In this document: positions 37,389-50,093 of the stretch, piece by piece
Layout: each line of letters opens with the position of its first letter
How positions within the stretch are numbered: position 1 is the stretch's first letter
Origin: Cirrosporium novae-zelandiae
Lineage: Eukaryota
Direction: 5' to 3'
Assembly: GCA_026023565.1 (NCBI GenBank)
Contig: JAPETS010000003.1
Location: 496,001-560,000, forward strand
DNA: 64,000 nucleotides
Notes under the pieces: model-generated
Seen by the model: only the letters and a program-made list of their open reading frames with translations
What the model was told of the DNA's origin: nothing
Database searches by the model: none
Made by a program: the position numbers and the translations under genes

Positions 37389-37924
37389 TTGTTATCTGGG
37401 AACCCCTCTTTCAAGGCGAGAGATAGGTCCTACAGGGTCCCTGGATGATGGCTTATATCTATACTTTATTATCCAGCTTTTTCTATCTGAAACAGCAAAA
37501 AAATACCCCCCTTTCAAAAAAAGATATAAAGCAAAAAAAGAAAAAAAAAGGAGAATATATATATATTATTCTAAATATATAATCCTCAACTTTCTTAATC
37601 TATTTACCATAACATCTGCGTAAGATTAAATAGATAAGAGAGAGAGAAAGACTTATTTATAGAGGAAAGAAGGGAAAGGGCTTGCTTTGCTTGTTATAAT
37701 GAGATTAAGGGATATTAAAAAGAATTTTCGGAAAAAAGGAATTCTTTTAAAGGGGGGGAGGGATTGCTTAGGGATAAAAAAAAAAGGAAAAAGGAAAAAA
37801 GAAATTAAATGGTTTTGGAATCGTATTTTGTAGATAGATAGATCCCTTAGCGTAAATAGTAATAATAATAGCAATAGTAGTTTCGGCGTTCAAAATCCAA
37901 TCCGTGTTTCTTGCTGAGTTACTG

Positions 37925-37955
37925 CTTCTTCTTCTTCTTCTTCTTCTTCTTCTTC
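37925..37955. repeat. (CTT)10 microsatellite
   Basis: Read directly, between two convergent genes. Confidence 0.9.
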
Positions 37956-37998
37956 TCTCCTGGCTTCCAACAGGATGTTTACATCTCAAACCCTGAAT

Positions 37999-40184
37999 TC
38001 ACCTAACCTCATTTCGCTCCGAAACGGATACGTTCCTCGCCTGTACCGCAGTCGACGTCCCCTCAGCTAAATCTCCCGCCCCCCTATCAACTTCAACATC
38101 AGCACTAGTAATAGCATCCTCCTCATCAACCCATCCCTCCCTCTCATCCTTAACAACCCTCACAAACGCCACATCAACCAACAGGGCCACGGCCGCAATC
38201 GCTGCACCGAAATAAAGCGCCGCCCGATATCCCACCACGGCATTCATCTCCTTCCCCCTATTAATCTCCGTCTCCACCGTGCCCGCAAAGCCCAGCCCCA
38301 AACTATTCCCGTAAAGGTTGAGGGTGCCGACCATGCTAGCCGCGACGCCCTGCTGATGTCTGCGCACACTGTTGCTGGCGATGATCTGGGCGGCCGTGTA
38401 GACGAAATCGGGGCAAAACGCCATGAAGATTGTTGCGGGGAAGACTTGTTTCCAGTAGACCTGCTGCTCGGGCATAGTCGCCAGCAATAAATTCGAGATT
38501 AAAATAGTTGCGGCGCCGATGGCGAGGATCCACTGCGCCGCCAATCGCGGGATTAGCCAGGCGGAGAGCAAGGCCCCCACGGTGCCCATGATGCCAAAGG
38601 GTGTCCAGGAGATGGCGAACTGCAAGACGCTGTAGTTTCGCAGAATTTGCAGCCAGGCTACCATGTACCAGAGGAAAATGCCATTCGACATGAAGCAGAA
38701 GAGGACCGCGAGGACTAGGGGGAGAAATGAGGGGGCGCGCCAGATGTCGAGCGGGAGGATGGGCGTGTGGGCGAATTTGGATTCCCAGAGCGTGAAGAGG
38801 ATGAGAACGAAGATGGATAGGCATACTATCGCTATTTCGTAGGGGGTGGACCAACCTACGGCTGGGGCTTGGCTTTAGGGGGGAGGGGGCTGTGTCAATA
38901 GGGGTTTTGTGTGTAGGGGTAGCGGGGGAGGGGGAAACTTACTTCCATGCTACGTTGAAGAGGATCAATCCCCCTGTGCCCAGGGCAGCGCCAATCCAAT
39001 CGATGTTGCCGTGGCGGTCTACTGGCCTCTCGTGGGGGAGAAGCACACAAAGAGCGGCCAAGAATGCTGCGGCAAGGAGTGCCCTAAAGTAGCAGCAGTG
39101 AGTAAGGTCAGCAAACCATAACCCACAACATATATAGACTATTTCATCGTGGAAGTGAAGACTTACATCGTGAAGAAACACAGATTCCATCTACCAGCCG
39201 CCACGAACCCGCCTGCGATTAAGCTCCCTAGATAACTGCCCATAGGTGCAGAGGCGCTAAAAAACCCTAAACTAATGTTCCTCAATCTTCCAGGCGGACA
39301 AGTAATAGCCTAATGACCTCATCAGCATAGCCTTAATGAATGTGAATCAAGAGCCTGTCGTCCAGCTCCTTGGAGAGGTTGCTAAATCGCTCGCCCGTGC
39401 TAGGACAGTGTAGTCTCCCAACTCCAGAGTTGATCACGAAACATTTGCTTTCTGATACGAGAATCAACTTACAATAAGCGCCACAACATTCGGCATCAGC
39501 AGCGCCCCTCCTATCCCAGAGAGGGCCCTCACAATGATAAAAGGAGCAAAGGAGTTAGTGAAGCCATTCGCCACAGAGAAGACAACGAACCAAGCGCCTC
39601 CAAAAAGAAGAATGGTCTTATGGCCATAGACAGCTCCAAGTCGTCCACTGATCAGAACGAATGTTCCTTGGGTAAGGCTGTGCGTGATTCAGTATGTGTC
39701 CCGAGATACAAGAGGGGAGGGTGTAGGAAGCAGAAAAAAACGTAACGCACGGATAAGAAGCCGCAACCCAGTTTGCCTTACCAGGTCCCGTTTCCACCCC
39801 TAGGAGTTCGCTGATCTCGAGGCCAGCTGCCATACCAATTATGTTCGAGACCATCTTATTTACCGTGTCAGCTATGGATTTTATCTGCCCTCATGGTCTG
39901 TGGATGCAACTCACCTGAACGAAGTTGCAGCCGACAATCAAGACCAGAATTGCGACCTTGCGAGACTTTCCCATAGAATGAAATGATTCTTGCTGGAAGA
40001 TGCGTTGTTGTGCTCCTGGTGCGACCATGAGTGATTCTGATGTGGTGAGAGGAGGATTTGGAGCTGCGATATCGGGGTTGGAGTTATTAGGGGAGGGGGA
40101 TTGTGGTCGTGGTAGGTGTACTTTTGCCGGTAATGGAGAGCTTATCGGCTCTAGCTCTATTATTTGGGTTGCTGTTGAAGCCAT
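37999..40184 (-). CDS. MFS drug:H+ antiporter-type transporter (Atr1/Amf1-like), multi-exon
   Basis: NWVAASYPLTQGTFVLISGRLGAVYGHK, RALSGIGGALLMPN, IDWIGA, PILPLDIW, QQGVAAS motifs with many hydrophobic helices. Confidence 0.9.
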
Positions 40185-41148
40185 GTTAATTTACTCTTCA
40201 CCAGTTGTGATTCTGATACTAGTGAGAAACGGTGGGTGGGTGAGGTGGGGTAACTCGGTCTGGTTATAGGTGAGTATAGTATACCAACGGCGTCAGCGGA
40301 GAAGCCTCCAGTTCCCAATTCTTTTAGGGAGGTATTGAATGAGCAAAACAAGATAATTCAGCATAGATGACTTTTCATTCAATCTACGGGCGCGCAACGT
40401 ATATAGGCATCAGTTGCACGGGCCAGGAACATGGTCACATGACAAGCGAAACCCCTAGGGGCATTGCAAGAGGAGAGACGGTCCGTATATCCGAAGATCA
40501 CCCACTAACCCCGCATCAGCGAGGAGCCACCCCAGGGGTGCACAAACAACTCCCATATAGTCAAAATGGAACTACTGCACCGCCTTCCGTTTGCATGCCT
40601 TGCTGGTCAAGCCAAGCAAGCGTTTCATCGAGATGCCGCCAGGCTGATGAGCCTGGTGATCCTTGACTGGGCCGTCACGGTTAAAGTTGCCCCAAAATAA
40701 TGGCCCCAAATTTGGGACCTTTGTGCACTATCACATTAGCTTTCAAAGGAAAACACCTCCATGACTTTTTATTTATAGATAATAGGTCTATGAAATATCG
40801 TTCACTTTTAGAATGCATATAAGAGATGCTTTAATATAAATCATTCTAGTGTCAGGGGTGCACGTGACCACGGAGGATGGCGAGCGAAGTGTCCAATAAT
40901 CAAAGGAGCGGCATCTCTGTAATAGCCAAATGAGGTTAGACGCATGGAAAGGAGTTTGATGAACTGCAGGATAATTTTTCGAGGTGGGGTGGTGGATTGA
41001 TTGTGTATCTTTCAACCCCACCTTGGCTTATCTGTAGGGCTGTAAGTTGCACTCTTCTCCCTCAGAAATCTGGCACATACGGTAATCTTCCGCAGCATCT
41101 CGCGACTGGCTTTTGACTAAACGTCTCGACTCCACGCCTATCAGAACA

Positions 41149-43302
41149 ATGGAACCCGATAACGCTGTCGGTGGAAACTCCAGTAGACGAGAAGCCATTA
41201 TGGAGACGTAAGCGGTGAACCAACTGGCAAAATATTTGTATGAATGTTAACTACCTTTAGTGCAGATACAGCACGGTCCCTGGTCTGTGATACATGTTGG
41301 AACGGTCTCTTCTCACGCGAGGCTTTCCGGGATACCTGGGAAAACCCCGGCGTACTCCTCGACGCCAAAAAGATAAGATCTTTTAGCTACACTTCGACGT
41401 GGAATCGCATCGATGTATCGAGCCAAGCTGGGTGTAACTGGTGTCTTCTATTGCTGGGTTCCGTGGATCCCACCAGGCATTCCCACTACTCCGAGGACGA
41501 GGATTCCTTCTTTCGTACCGTCAATCGCACCATCCGCGTAGCCTTCGGACTGCCAACTTATTTCAAAACGGCCCTTATGGGCGCACAGCTCGTTGGCGCG
41601 TGGGTAGACGACTACGAGCTCTTCAGTTACCCCCTTTACACGCTCTTAAGTCTGTATTAATAGAATACATTTTGGATGCTGCGCAGTTGCTGATACGCTG
41701 GGACATGCAGACGATCCATGCGCGGACGAAGTGCTGGCTCGGGAAAGGATACGTCAGATGAAATCAGCAGAGACGTGCCGCCTTGCACTCGACTATGTAT
41801 CGTACTGCCTCAAGCATCACAGCTATTGCCCTAAGCCGTCGCACAACCGAATGCTCCCCACTCGCGTCATCGACTGCGCCAAACCGGAGCACCCAAGGCT
41901 CTATATCACGGGGGGTACCGTTCGCGGGTCCTATGTGGCGCTCAGTTACGTATGGGGCGAAGATCAACCCAACAAAACAAAAAAGCATAACATCGACGCG
42001 TATACTCGAGGGATCGATATCAGTCTACTTCCTCAGACCACCAGAGATGCTATTTGGGCGACGCACGCATCCGAGGAGACATACCTCTGGATAGACGCCC
42101 TGTGTATAATCCAAGACTGCAAAGAGGACAAACGTCGAGAGATCGCCAAGATACCGCGGATATTCGCAGATGCATCTTTCACTATTATCGCCGCGCGGTC
42201 CTCTAAGGCGAGCGGCGGCTTCTTGCACGACTGCCAACCGCCCTTCGTCCCTATCCGCCGCTTACCGTTCCCCTGTAAAAACGGCCCGGGCCGTTTCGGT
42301 ACGTTGTACGTCGAGCAAGACGCGTTGGGCAAGTACGACGACGACTGCGACGTCAAAGACCCGGTGCACAAGCGGGCTTGGTGTCTCGAGGAACGCCTAC
42401 TCTCCGCACGCGCGCTTATATACACCTCCAACACGCTTCGTTTCCATTGCCAGCTTATCCGCGTCAACGTCGGCAACGCTGTGCGCGGCACCCACGATCT
42501 CGCAGACCACCGCCTCTCTATCGAGTGGATGCCTGGGCTAGACGACGAGCCCTTCGACCCAAATGCAGAATCGGTCTTTGACTACAACAAGAGCACGAGC
42601 CTTTGGGACAATATCGTCTTCAACTACACTGGGCGCACGGTAACGCAGGTCGATGACAAACTCGTCGCGCTCGCGGGAGTGGCGAGTCGCTTCAGCGTGC
42701 GATGGAAGAAGGGCGAGTACTTGGCGGGCCTATGGCTCGATAACCTGCACCACGATCTCCTATGGCACATGGCTGTCGATACACAGCTGCCGCGGCCAGA
42801 AGCGTACAGGGCGCCCTCGTGGTCGTGGGCGTCGACGGAAGGTCCCGTGGTAGCCGCTAAGCTTCATCCGCACGAGACGCCGCTGTACGAGCTCAAAGAC
42901 CATAGAATGACCCAGATATCCGATATACTTCCTTTTGGCGGAGTTACGGCCGGATACTTGGCTATAAGTGCACCTTTGCTAAAGGCTACATGGCGCGACG
43001 ACGGGCTCTACGCCTATCTGCCTCAGGCTGATTCCTCGTCTTCTTTGGCGAGTGGCACTGGCAATCAATCTGAAACGGGGTCAAAGCTCTATCACGCATG
43101 GCAGGATGCGATAGAGCCCTGTAGTGCGGACGTCTGGCTGCTGCTAATCTGCTGGAGAGCAAAGTCGAATGAGCTCTTAGGGCTAGTTGTGGTTCCGGCG
43201 GAGGGCCAAACGAAGTATAGACGCGTGGGTTGCTTCCAACATTTCCTCGTATCAAAAGATAATATTCAGGGGCTTAACCAGCAAGATATTACCTTGATAT
43301 AA
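41149..43302 (+). CDS. HET-domain (heterokaryon incompatibility) protein, 3 exons
   Basis: LPTRVID, YVALSYVWG, YLWIDALCIIQD, RAWCLEER, DKLVALAG, YLAGLW, YRAPSWSWAS, YRRVG; N-terminal CxxC pairs. Confidence 0.92.
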
Positions 43303-44095
43303 CTCCTGATCAAGTATATCGATGAGGTGGATTTAAACCATTGGGACTCTTTCCAAGTGATAAACAACCTCATGCAGAATCAGATTAAGTAGATAAGATA
43401 TCAAGATATCCTTTGCCTAGCATTGTGAAACAGTCTTAAGACCACTGGATATTGGTGTTGTGTCCAATAACTTTACCTTTAAGAAAGGTTGTAAATCAGC
43501 GTCTAATTTATTCGAAGCTAGTAGCCTTGCAGGTCGTGGAAGCGCTAGTGTCACCATGGATATATACATACATACCTCCTTGTCGCCAGAACTCCATCCG
43601 GCTGGGAACAACTGAGGACAAATGGCTTACTGGTACTTCAGCCATCGTCCTTTCTACATCCCGGACGATATTATTATTCTGTACTTCCTCTGTACATATT
43701 TGCGTTAAATCTAGATGCCCTAAGGAGCGATGAGATAAGACTCCCTCCCACAGCTATCACGAAGCTTCTTCCATTTTCATCCCTTACCTAAGCTTTTCGG
43801 GTCGGGCTGCTCGCTGCTTACTATGCGTTGGGTCACCATAAGGCGGTACCTACCTAAGCCTCAAGTAACAAGCCTTAGAGTCTGATAATTGTGTTGAAAA
43901 ACATCCCTGGAGTATATAGTACGCAAGAAACCTGGTATGCTTCTCTCCAGACTATAAGCAGTGTTAACAACGCTATAAGCGTTCGGTAATATTCGAACTC
44001 GCTTTCGTTACCAACAACTTCCTGGCATCGACAATAACATCTAGCGAACAAGCGAGAATAATAACGAGAAGAGTCTGTTCTTCCTCGAAAACAAA

Positions 44096-45577
44096 TCACA
44101 CTGAGTCGTTGACACGACCTTGTCCAGCCTTGTTCCCTTGATTCACCGCCGCTGGCGTGATGCCATTCTTTTTCCCCCTAGTCGGCTTCGTAGGTTCAAT
44201 TACTCCCTCGGCACTATACCTTTTACTATGATTTTGTTCCGTATACCGCGTTTCATTATATCTATTCTTATCTTTCTCTCCTACCTCTTTTATAGGAACC
44301 TCATCGTTATTATTCGCTTCTACATCTCTCTTTTTCTTCTCGTCCCACCAGTCTTGCTCCCCTCTATCCTTGGGCACGTCGAGCCCACCGGGGAAGAACT
44401 CCTTGAGCAACGTTCGGCCACACCCCGGCTCCAACTCGTCGAGGTCCATCAAGACGTCCATGACCTTTTCGCCGATCAGGTCCAGCTTAGGCACCAGACG
44501 AAAACCCCGCGTCTCGGGTGCGCGGCCGGTTGCGGCGACGAGCGCGTTCTGGATCATGCCGATGGTCCCGATGGCGACCAGGTACCAGGCGTTGGCTTGC
44601 AGCGCCACAACTGAGAGAAGCAAAACCGACCAAAAAAGAATAAAGATCATCCAAAAGAGACGAGTCGCCCAAAAAGGGAGGGGAATGCCGCCCCACATTT
44701 TCACCCTTGGAGTTAACCCGTTGTCGTAGATATATGCGTCCATGGCCTCCTCTATGCTCAAGGATGAATCGCTCTTTGCTCGCCTATGGTCTCTTAAGAC
44801 ATTTTTACGAGAAACAATTATCGAGTTCTTGTCCTCGTTAACGAAACGCACAAACCACCCGCTCCGGAACCACGGTCGGGCATGGCGCGGGCCCTCCCCT
44901 GCCGCCATATCCTCGATGTCTAGACCGTCCCCCTGCCCTAAAATCACAAGGACGTGGCGGGAACCATTCCCCACCGTGATCGCGATATTTTTCTCAGATT
45001 TGAGCCGACAAGTTAGTTTCTCTACCCTCCACTGCGGTAGCGCCGCGGTAGCAAAACAGATACCAGTGCCGAGGGCGGTGATCATAATAATGCCCCAATC
45101 GGTATAAAGCGCAAGTGGGATGACGGCAATACCGAGCTGAAGGGAAATAGCGATGAGCCCACACCAGCTAGTCCACCCGGGGTCTAAGATATCTCCGTTG
45201 GCACGCTTAACGGCCCTATAGACGACGACGCGCAGGGCCTCGTTCGAGAGCGGTTTTGTCGCCTCTATGTCGCGCAGCAGGCGGCCGAGAACCCAGGACT
45301 TATTAGTACGAGCGTAGCCCGTTTCGAGATTAATGACCTTACAGACGTAGTCGGCGCTCGGCATTAAGCGTCCGTCGCCGACAAGGGCGGGGATCATAGA
45401 GAAAGCGTAGGATACCCAGCCGAAGCTAAAGCAAATAGAGACGAAAGGTGGTCCGGTGACTTGGGCGAGAGCCGTCTGTATGACCGGGCCGCCGATAATC
45501 ACAAGCAAAGACAAGAAACCGGTAGGATTTTTCCATTGTGCGGCGAAGACGGACGCGGTAGTGGAATTACTGGCCAT
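44096..45577 (-). CDS. Uncharacterised multi-pass membrane protein (copy 1, intact, intronless)
   Basis: 493-aa ORF with several hydrophobic helices; QWKNP..ALAQ, FSFGWV, GDGRLMP, N.SWVLGRLLRD, LPQW..EK, GNGSRH, LDIEDMA, EFFPG motifs shared with the adjacent paralog. Confidence 0.8.
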   Translation of the reverse strand: MASNSTTASVFAAQWKNPTGFLSLLVIIGGPVIQTALAQVTGPPFVSICFSFGWVSYAFSMIPALVGDGRLMPSADYVCKVINLETGYARTNKSWVLGRLLRDIEATKPLSNEALRVVVYRAVKRANGDILDPGWTSWCGLIAISLQLGIAVIPLALYTDWGIIMITALGTGICFATAALPQWRVEKLTCRLKSEKNIAITVGNGSRHVLVILGQGDGLDIEDMAAGEGPRHARPWFRSGWFVRFVNEDKNSIIVSRKNVLRDHRRAKSDSSLSIEEAMDAYIYDNGLTPRVKMWGGIPLPFWATRLFWMIFILFWSVLLLSVVALQANAWYLVAIGTIGMIQNALVAATGRAPETRGFRLVPKLDLIGEKVMDVLMDLDELEPGCGRTLLKEFFPGGLDVPKDRGEQDWWDEKKKRDVEANNNDEVPIKEVGEKDKNRYNETRYTEQNHSKRYSAEGVIEPTKPTRGKKNGITPAAVNQGNKAGQGRVNDSV

Positions 45578-45909
45578 GGCTTAAGACTTAAGGCTGAACA
45601 GGCCTCGTAGATAGCTTAAAATAAAGTCTTCCGACTATAAAATTAAGAATAAAATGCCACACAGCCTTGGTATTTAAAGGGAGGCAAGTTGAAGCAGCTA
45701 TATTATATAGTAAACCGGACGAGATAGGACGTTGTGTTATACTTTGTATCAAGGGTAACGATCTAACCTCTGCAGGTTCGCAAATATGCGATATTTAGGG
45801 CTAAAACAATCGCCTAATACGCTGTTTCTTGGTATACACCGGACCTCTCCACAGAAATCTTGAGAGATCCATCTGCCCTTGTCAATAACGCCGCTTCCTA
45901 AACCTATAT

Positions 45910-47212
45910 TTAGAAGCCGCCTTTGCCTTTTGTCTTGGCGATCGTCTCGTACTCAGCCCATTTCACCTGCTCGTCTTCGCGCAAATCTCCCGGGAAAAAG
46001 GTACCTAGCATATTTTTACCTAGGCGTGGATAATGCTCTTCGACCCTGAAGAGCGTAGGCATGACCTTAGTCTCGCCAATCACCTCCACAAACTCGACGG
46101 GGACGCCAAAGGCTTTGGGGGAGCGGCTCGCACCGGCGACGTATATGTTCTGAAGGATGCCGACGCTGCCGATGGCGAGGAGGAACCAAGTATTCCGCTG
46201 GGTTCTCGAGACAGTGATGAGGAGTAAGATCCATAGGGCAGCAAGAGTGATGACAGCAAAGGTGGTTTTTCCGGAGGGGAACGAGCTTACGTCGGCAGCG
46301 GCAAGATCCTCAAGATCCAGTCCTTTTCCGTCGCCGATGATCATGATGGCATGCTGACTGCCGTTTCCTCTGGTTAACACAACCGTCTTTCTCGTGTCGC
46401 GTCGGCAAGCCCACTTCTCCTGTGACCATTGCGGAAGGGCTCCCGATACGAAGGATAAGGCGATACCGGCTTCGGTGATTAAGAGTATGCTCCGGTCGCC
46501 GAAGATTCTGTACGGTATGGCGGCCAGGCCAAGCTGGATAATACAGGTGATAAAGCCAACGATATAAGGTCGGTCGTAGCCGGAGTAACCGGGCCGGGCT
46601 TCTTTGGCCCTGTAGATGGAAACGCAGAGTCCAGCCTTTAGCGGTCGCCCAGGAGGCTGCTGAGGCGTCGCACCAGGTTCCCTCGTCTTTTTTTTCGCAT
46701 CGGCCTTCGATTTATCCTATTGTAGGTCGAGTATTTCTTTAAGACGCTTGTGGATAGGCTTTGTCTCCGGTTGGTTCTCGTCCATCCATGTTTCGAAGTC
46801 CCGTACGATACGGCCAATGATCCAGCTATAGTTGTCGCGGACGAATCCGTTGCTGCCGTTAATAATCTTACATGAGCAATCGGCGACAAGCATCAATTTG
46901 TTTTCGCCGACGGCGTCCACGACAGCGGTTACGGCGTAGGCAACCCAACCTAATGCGAGCAGGGAAACAGGAATTAGGTCCTGGATACGAGAGATTGGGG
47001 CGCAATAAGAGGAAGAGGCTCGCACCAAACGAAAAAGCGACCGGAGTCACACGCGATCCCACCAACTGCGCAAGCGCGCGAACCACCACGTCACCGCCGA
47101 GTATGAGGAGCACAGAGAAAACGTCGGCCGGATACTTCCATTGCTCTAAGAATTGGGCGGATGGGAGGCCAGGGTCGAAATTCCGCTGGGGTAAGGACGA
47201 TATGGCGTGCAT
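45910..47212 (-). pseudogene. Paralog of the 44096-45577 membrane protein with one premature stop
   Basis: QWKYPADVFSVLLILGGDVV..ALAQ, PVAFSF|GWV, SWIIGRIVRD, LPQW..EKW, RGNGSQH, LDLEDLA, TFFPG; one intron; in-frame TAG at 46717-46719. Confidence 0.8.
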
Positions 47213-47636
47213 CGCACTCAGCTAAAGTGACCTGTCGGACGCGCTACTTGTCGGAGGAAAGTGATGAGAAGACGTTTGATGATGAGGCCAGTAATCCACG
47301 AGATTCAGGAATTAGATAACGGCAGACAAGGGAAATGTCAAAGATTTACACAACGTGATTGCGAAAAGCGTTGTTGATTGAGTGTGGAAGTCGGTCTTGG
47401 CCTGCGGCTGAGGTTGACAGTGAGCCGAAATAATTACAGAGGGGATGCAGCTCGGCTTGGCGCGGCCTCTTCACAATGACGTGGACTCGCTGCACTGAAC
47501 CGTTAGGAGTACCTGTACTCGACCCTTAGTGACTCTCGGCCCGCTCACCACTATAAAGCCCGAACGAACAACAGCCTTGTTGGGTGGTTATGTAGCTTAT
47601 ATTCAGGATTTCGGCTCAAAGCTAAGATCAGAGCCT

Positions 47637-48780
47637 ATGAACTGCCTTCTCCGCCTCCTTCACCTCTTATTCGGTCAGAGTTCCCCAGCAACTTATCGAG
47701 CCACGATATCAGGCCACAAGGGGGCCACTTCTCCGTCTCAGCTCTTCAGAGAGCCAGAGTGGCTTGGGTTCCGTCATGACGGATACGAAGTTATGCCGTT
47801 GGATCAATGCCTTGCCATTCGGCGGGGAAATGACCCCTCGAGCCGGACAGAACCAGTTGAGACGAGGCGTAAAGAGCTAGCTGCTAGTACATGGAGCTTT
47901 CTCAAATTTGGCCCGCTAGAAGCAGTGCCCGAGGAGCACGTCCCGAAGAGTGTGCTCGTAAGGAAGAATGGAAATGAAAGGTTGGTCATGAGCAAGACAG
48001 GCCTACTTAAAATTGTCCAAGATTGGATTGACCAGATCAAGCGACGTCCAGAAGATGTGCTCGAACCCTAACCAAAGCGAATTCACGCCAGCCTTTGCCA
48101 AGCCCATTCCCTGATGACGGAATTCACGAAATCGGGCTTTGCGATATTCAACCCTTTAGGCGACGGTCTGCCTCATCGCCATGATTGGCGAGGCGCTGGT
48201 GAGTGCGAAGTTAGCCTTTCCACCCCACATGCGACAATAGGGGCTTTCTTGGTCTATGGTGTGGATTCCGCTTTCCAGGGAGCTACTAAGACAGGACATG
48301 GTTGCGGATGGGTGATGCCCTTTCATTGTCGAGTACCTCGTCCACACATGTTCCGTGTCGTCCTTGGAGAATGCCTGCGAGCGTGGACCGATCGAAGATG
48401 GCAGGGAGCATGGCGAGTGTTCGACACGCTCTTGCGCAGCATATGTTGTCGATCTCCCCAGCTACATCCTGAAGCATGCAGTGTCGTACAAGCAACCAGA
48501 GATATCTTCCAGGACCTTCTGTAAATTTTCTAAGGCGTCTCTTGAGCGAGTTGTCTAGCATATTTGCGAGGGCGAAATATCCGTCATAACAGTGGTTACC
48601 GGGTCAGACGAGAGTTTAGTCGGTCTCGAAGTCCATAGAGCATCAGAGATGCCCTATGTGGCCATTTCTCATATCTGTGCTGATGGATTGAGGAGTACAA
48701 CAGAGAAAGGGCTTCCGACTTGTCAGCTGTACCGACTCGCCTCGTTCGTGTCCGAACTACGGCCGGAGGCTCCTCCAAGG
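47637..48780 (+). pseudogene. Second HET-domain gene remnant, divergent from the membrane-protein paralog
   Basis: SFLKFGPLEAV N-terminal block; PYVAISHICADGL.STTEKGLPTCQL start of HET domain; stops at 48069 and ~48556, frameshifts and truncation. Confidence 0.7.
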
Positions 48781-49325
48781 TATTGGGAAACTGCCGAGCA
48801 ACATCTTGTTCCTCTCCGATCATGAGTGATGTCGTAGTGGATAAGTCCTATACAGGAGAGGCTGTTACATCAACAATGTCTGGGAAGTTGAGAGTGTGTT
48901 TCGGCTAAAAAGATTAACCTCCGCAAAGCGCTACCGTAACCGTTTTGTACTGTCCGCAGGTAGGGTTTATAAGCTTTGAAATTAAACTTCAAACATAGAA
49001 AAATGTCATAATCTCGCTTATTAATGACATTAGAGTACAGTAATGCGATAATAATGATCCGCTCTACAGAATTCAAAACCCTTTTGTGATATCTTCCTAC
49101 TGCCTTGGTTTCACTATCAAAATATGACATGATCCGATCGCCGCCGCTTTATCTATCTGGTCTGTAAAGGAGACTTTATTCTCTAAAAAAGGTTAAAGGG
49201 GGGGGGGGACCTTAGGCACTTGCTGCTCTATCCGAGTAGGTTGCCGTCCCTTTCGCTAAAAAAGCGACCGTCTTAAGACACATTAATCCAACACTAAACC
49301 AAGAAGCGGAATCACAGGCTCATCC

Positions 49326-49414
49326 GCATTAGTGGTTTAGTGGTAAAATTCGTCGTTGCCATCCAATGATAATTCGGATTCGACGAGCCCCGTGTTCGAT
49401 TCACGGCTAATGCA
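49326..49414 (+). tRNA. tRNA-Gly(GCC) with an 18-nt intron
   Basis: Acceptor GCATTAG/CTAATGC+A, D arm TGGTTTAGTGGTAAAA, anticodon stem CGTCG/CGACG around TTGCCAT, intron 49362-49379 after position 37, T arm CCGTGTTCGATTCACGG, T-run terminator. Confidence 0.96.
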
Positions 49415-50093
49415 ATACATTTTTTCTTTTTGTTTTTTATGGGATTAGGAACATGTAATTAGTTAGCGGGGAGGTATGGAAGGATTTTTTTTTGTTGGTG
49501 TAAAGGAGCGCCGAGAATCTGATCTCTGGTTATTGATGTCTGTATGTACCCCACGCCCTTTAGTTCTTCCAATTTCCAGCATCATGGATTTATAATTCAA
49601 GCGATTTAATTTTGAAGCAAGGATTTCGAGGACGAAGTTCTTTCCATGCCCTGAGGGCTGAGTAGTGCTCTACAACCAGCTTTGGAGGGGCCCAACTAAT
49701 AGTAGGCTCTTTAGATTTCATATAGCTAGACATAGTATTATAGCATATGCAGTTTTCCATTAAGAGGCGTGGGAGCTTCTCAGGGCTTATTTAATACTTG
49801 GTAGTCATAAGTAAACTGTCAATTCGTAGTAATGAAGACAAGCAAAATAAGACTAGAAGACAAAGGACTGATATTTAGACGTATCTCTAAGGCACGATTA
49901 AAATATAACGAACTACTGAAGTATATCAGCTCTATGGAGAGCCTTCAATCGTTCTATCTTGTGGATTGCTTGCCTGAGGGTGACAACTCGCTTCTAAATA
50001 AAGTATGTCAGTGACTGAGTTGTATTTAGCAATCTTCCCTGTTTTTGGTTAGGTTCTATCCCGTTCTCTTTTGTACGCAATAACCAAGCGACT

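Noticed and set aside
39310..39470. Possible intronic snoRNA in the long MFS intron
   Set aside because: No convincing box C/D or H/ACA arrangement on the transcribed strand
41783..45107. Many overlapping and antisense ORFs in the HET and membrane-protein genes
   Set aside because: Shadow ORFs expected in GC-rich coding DNA
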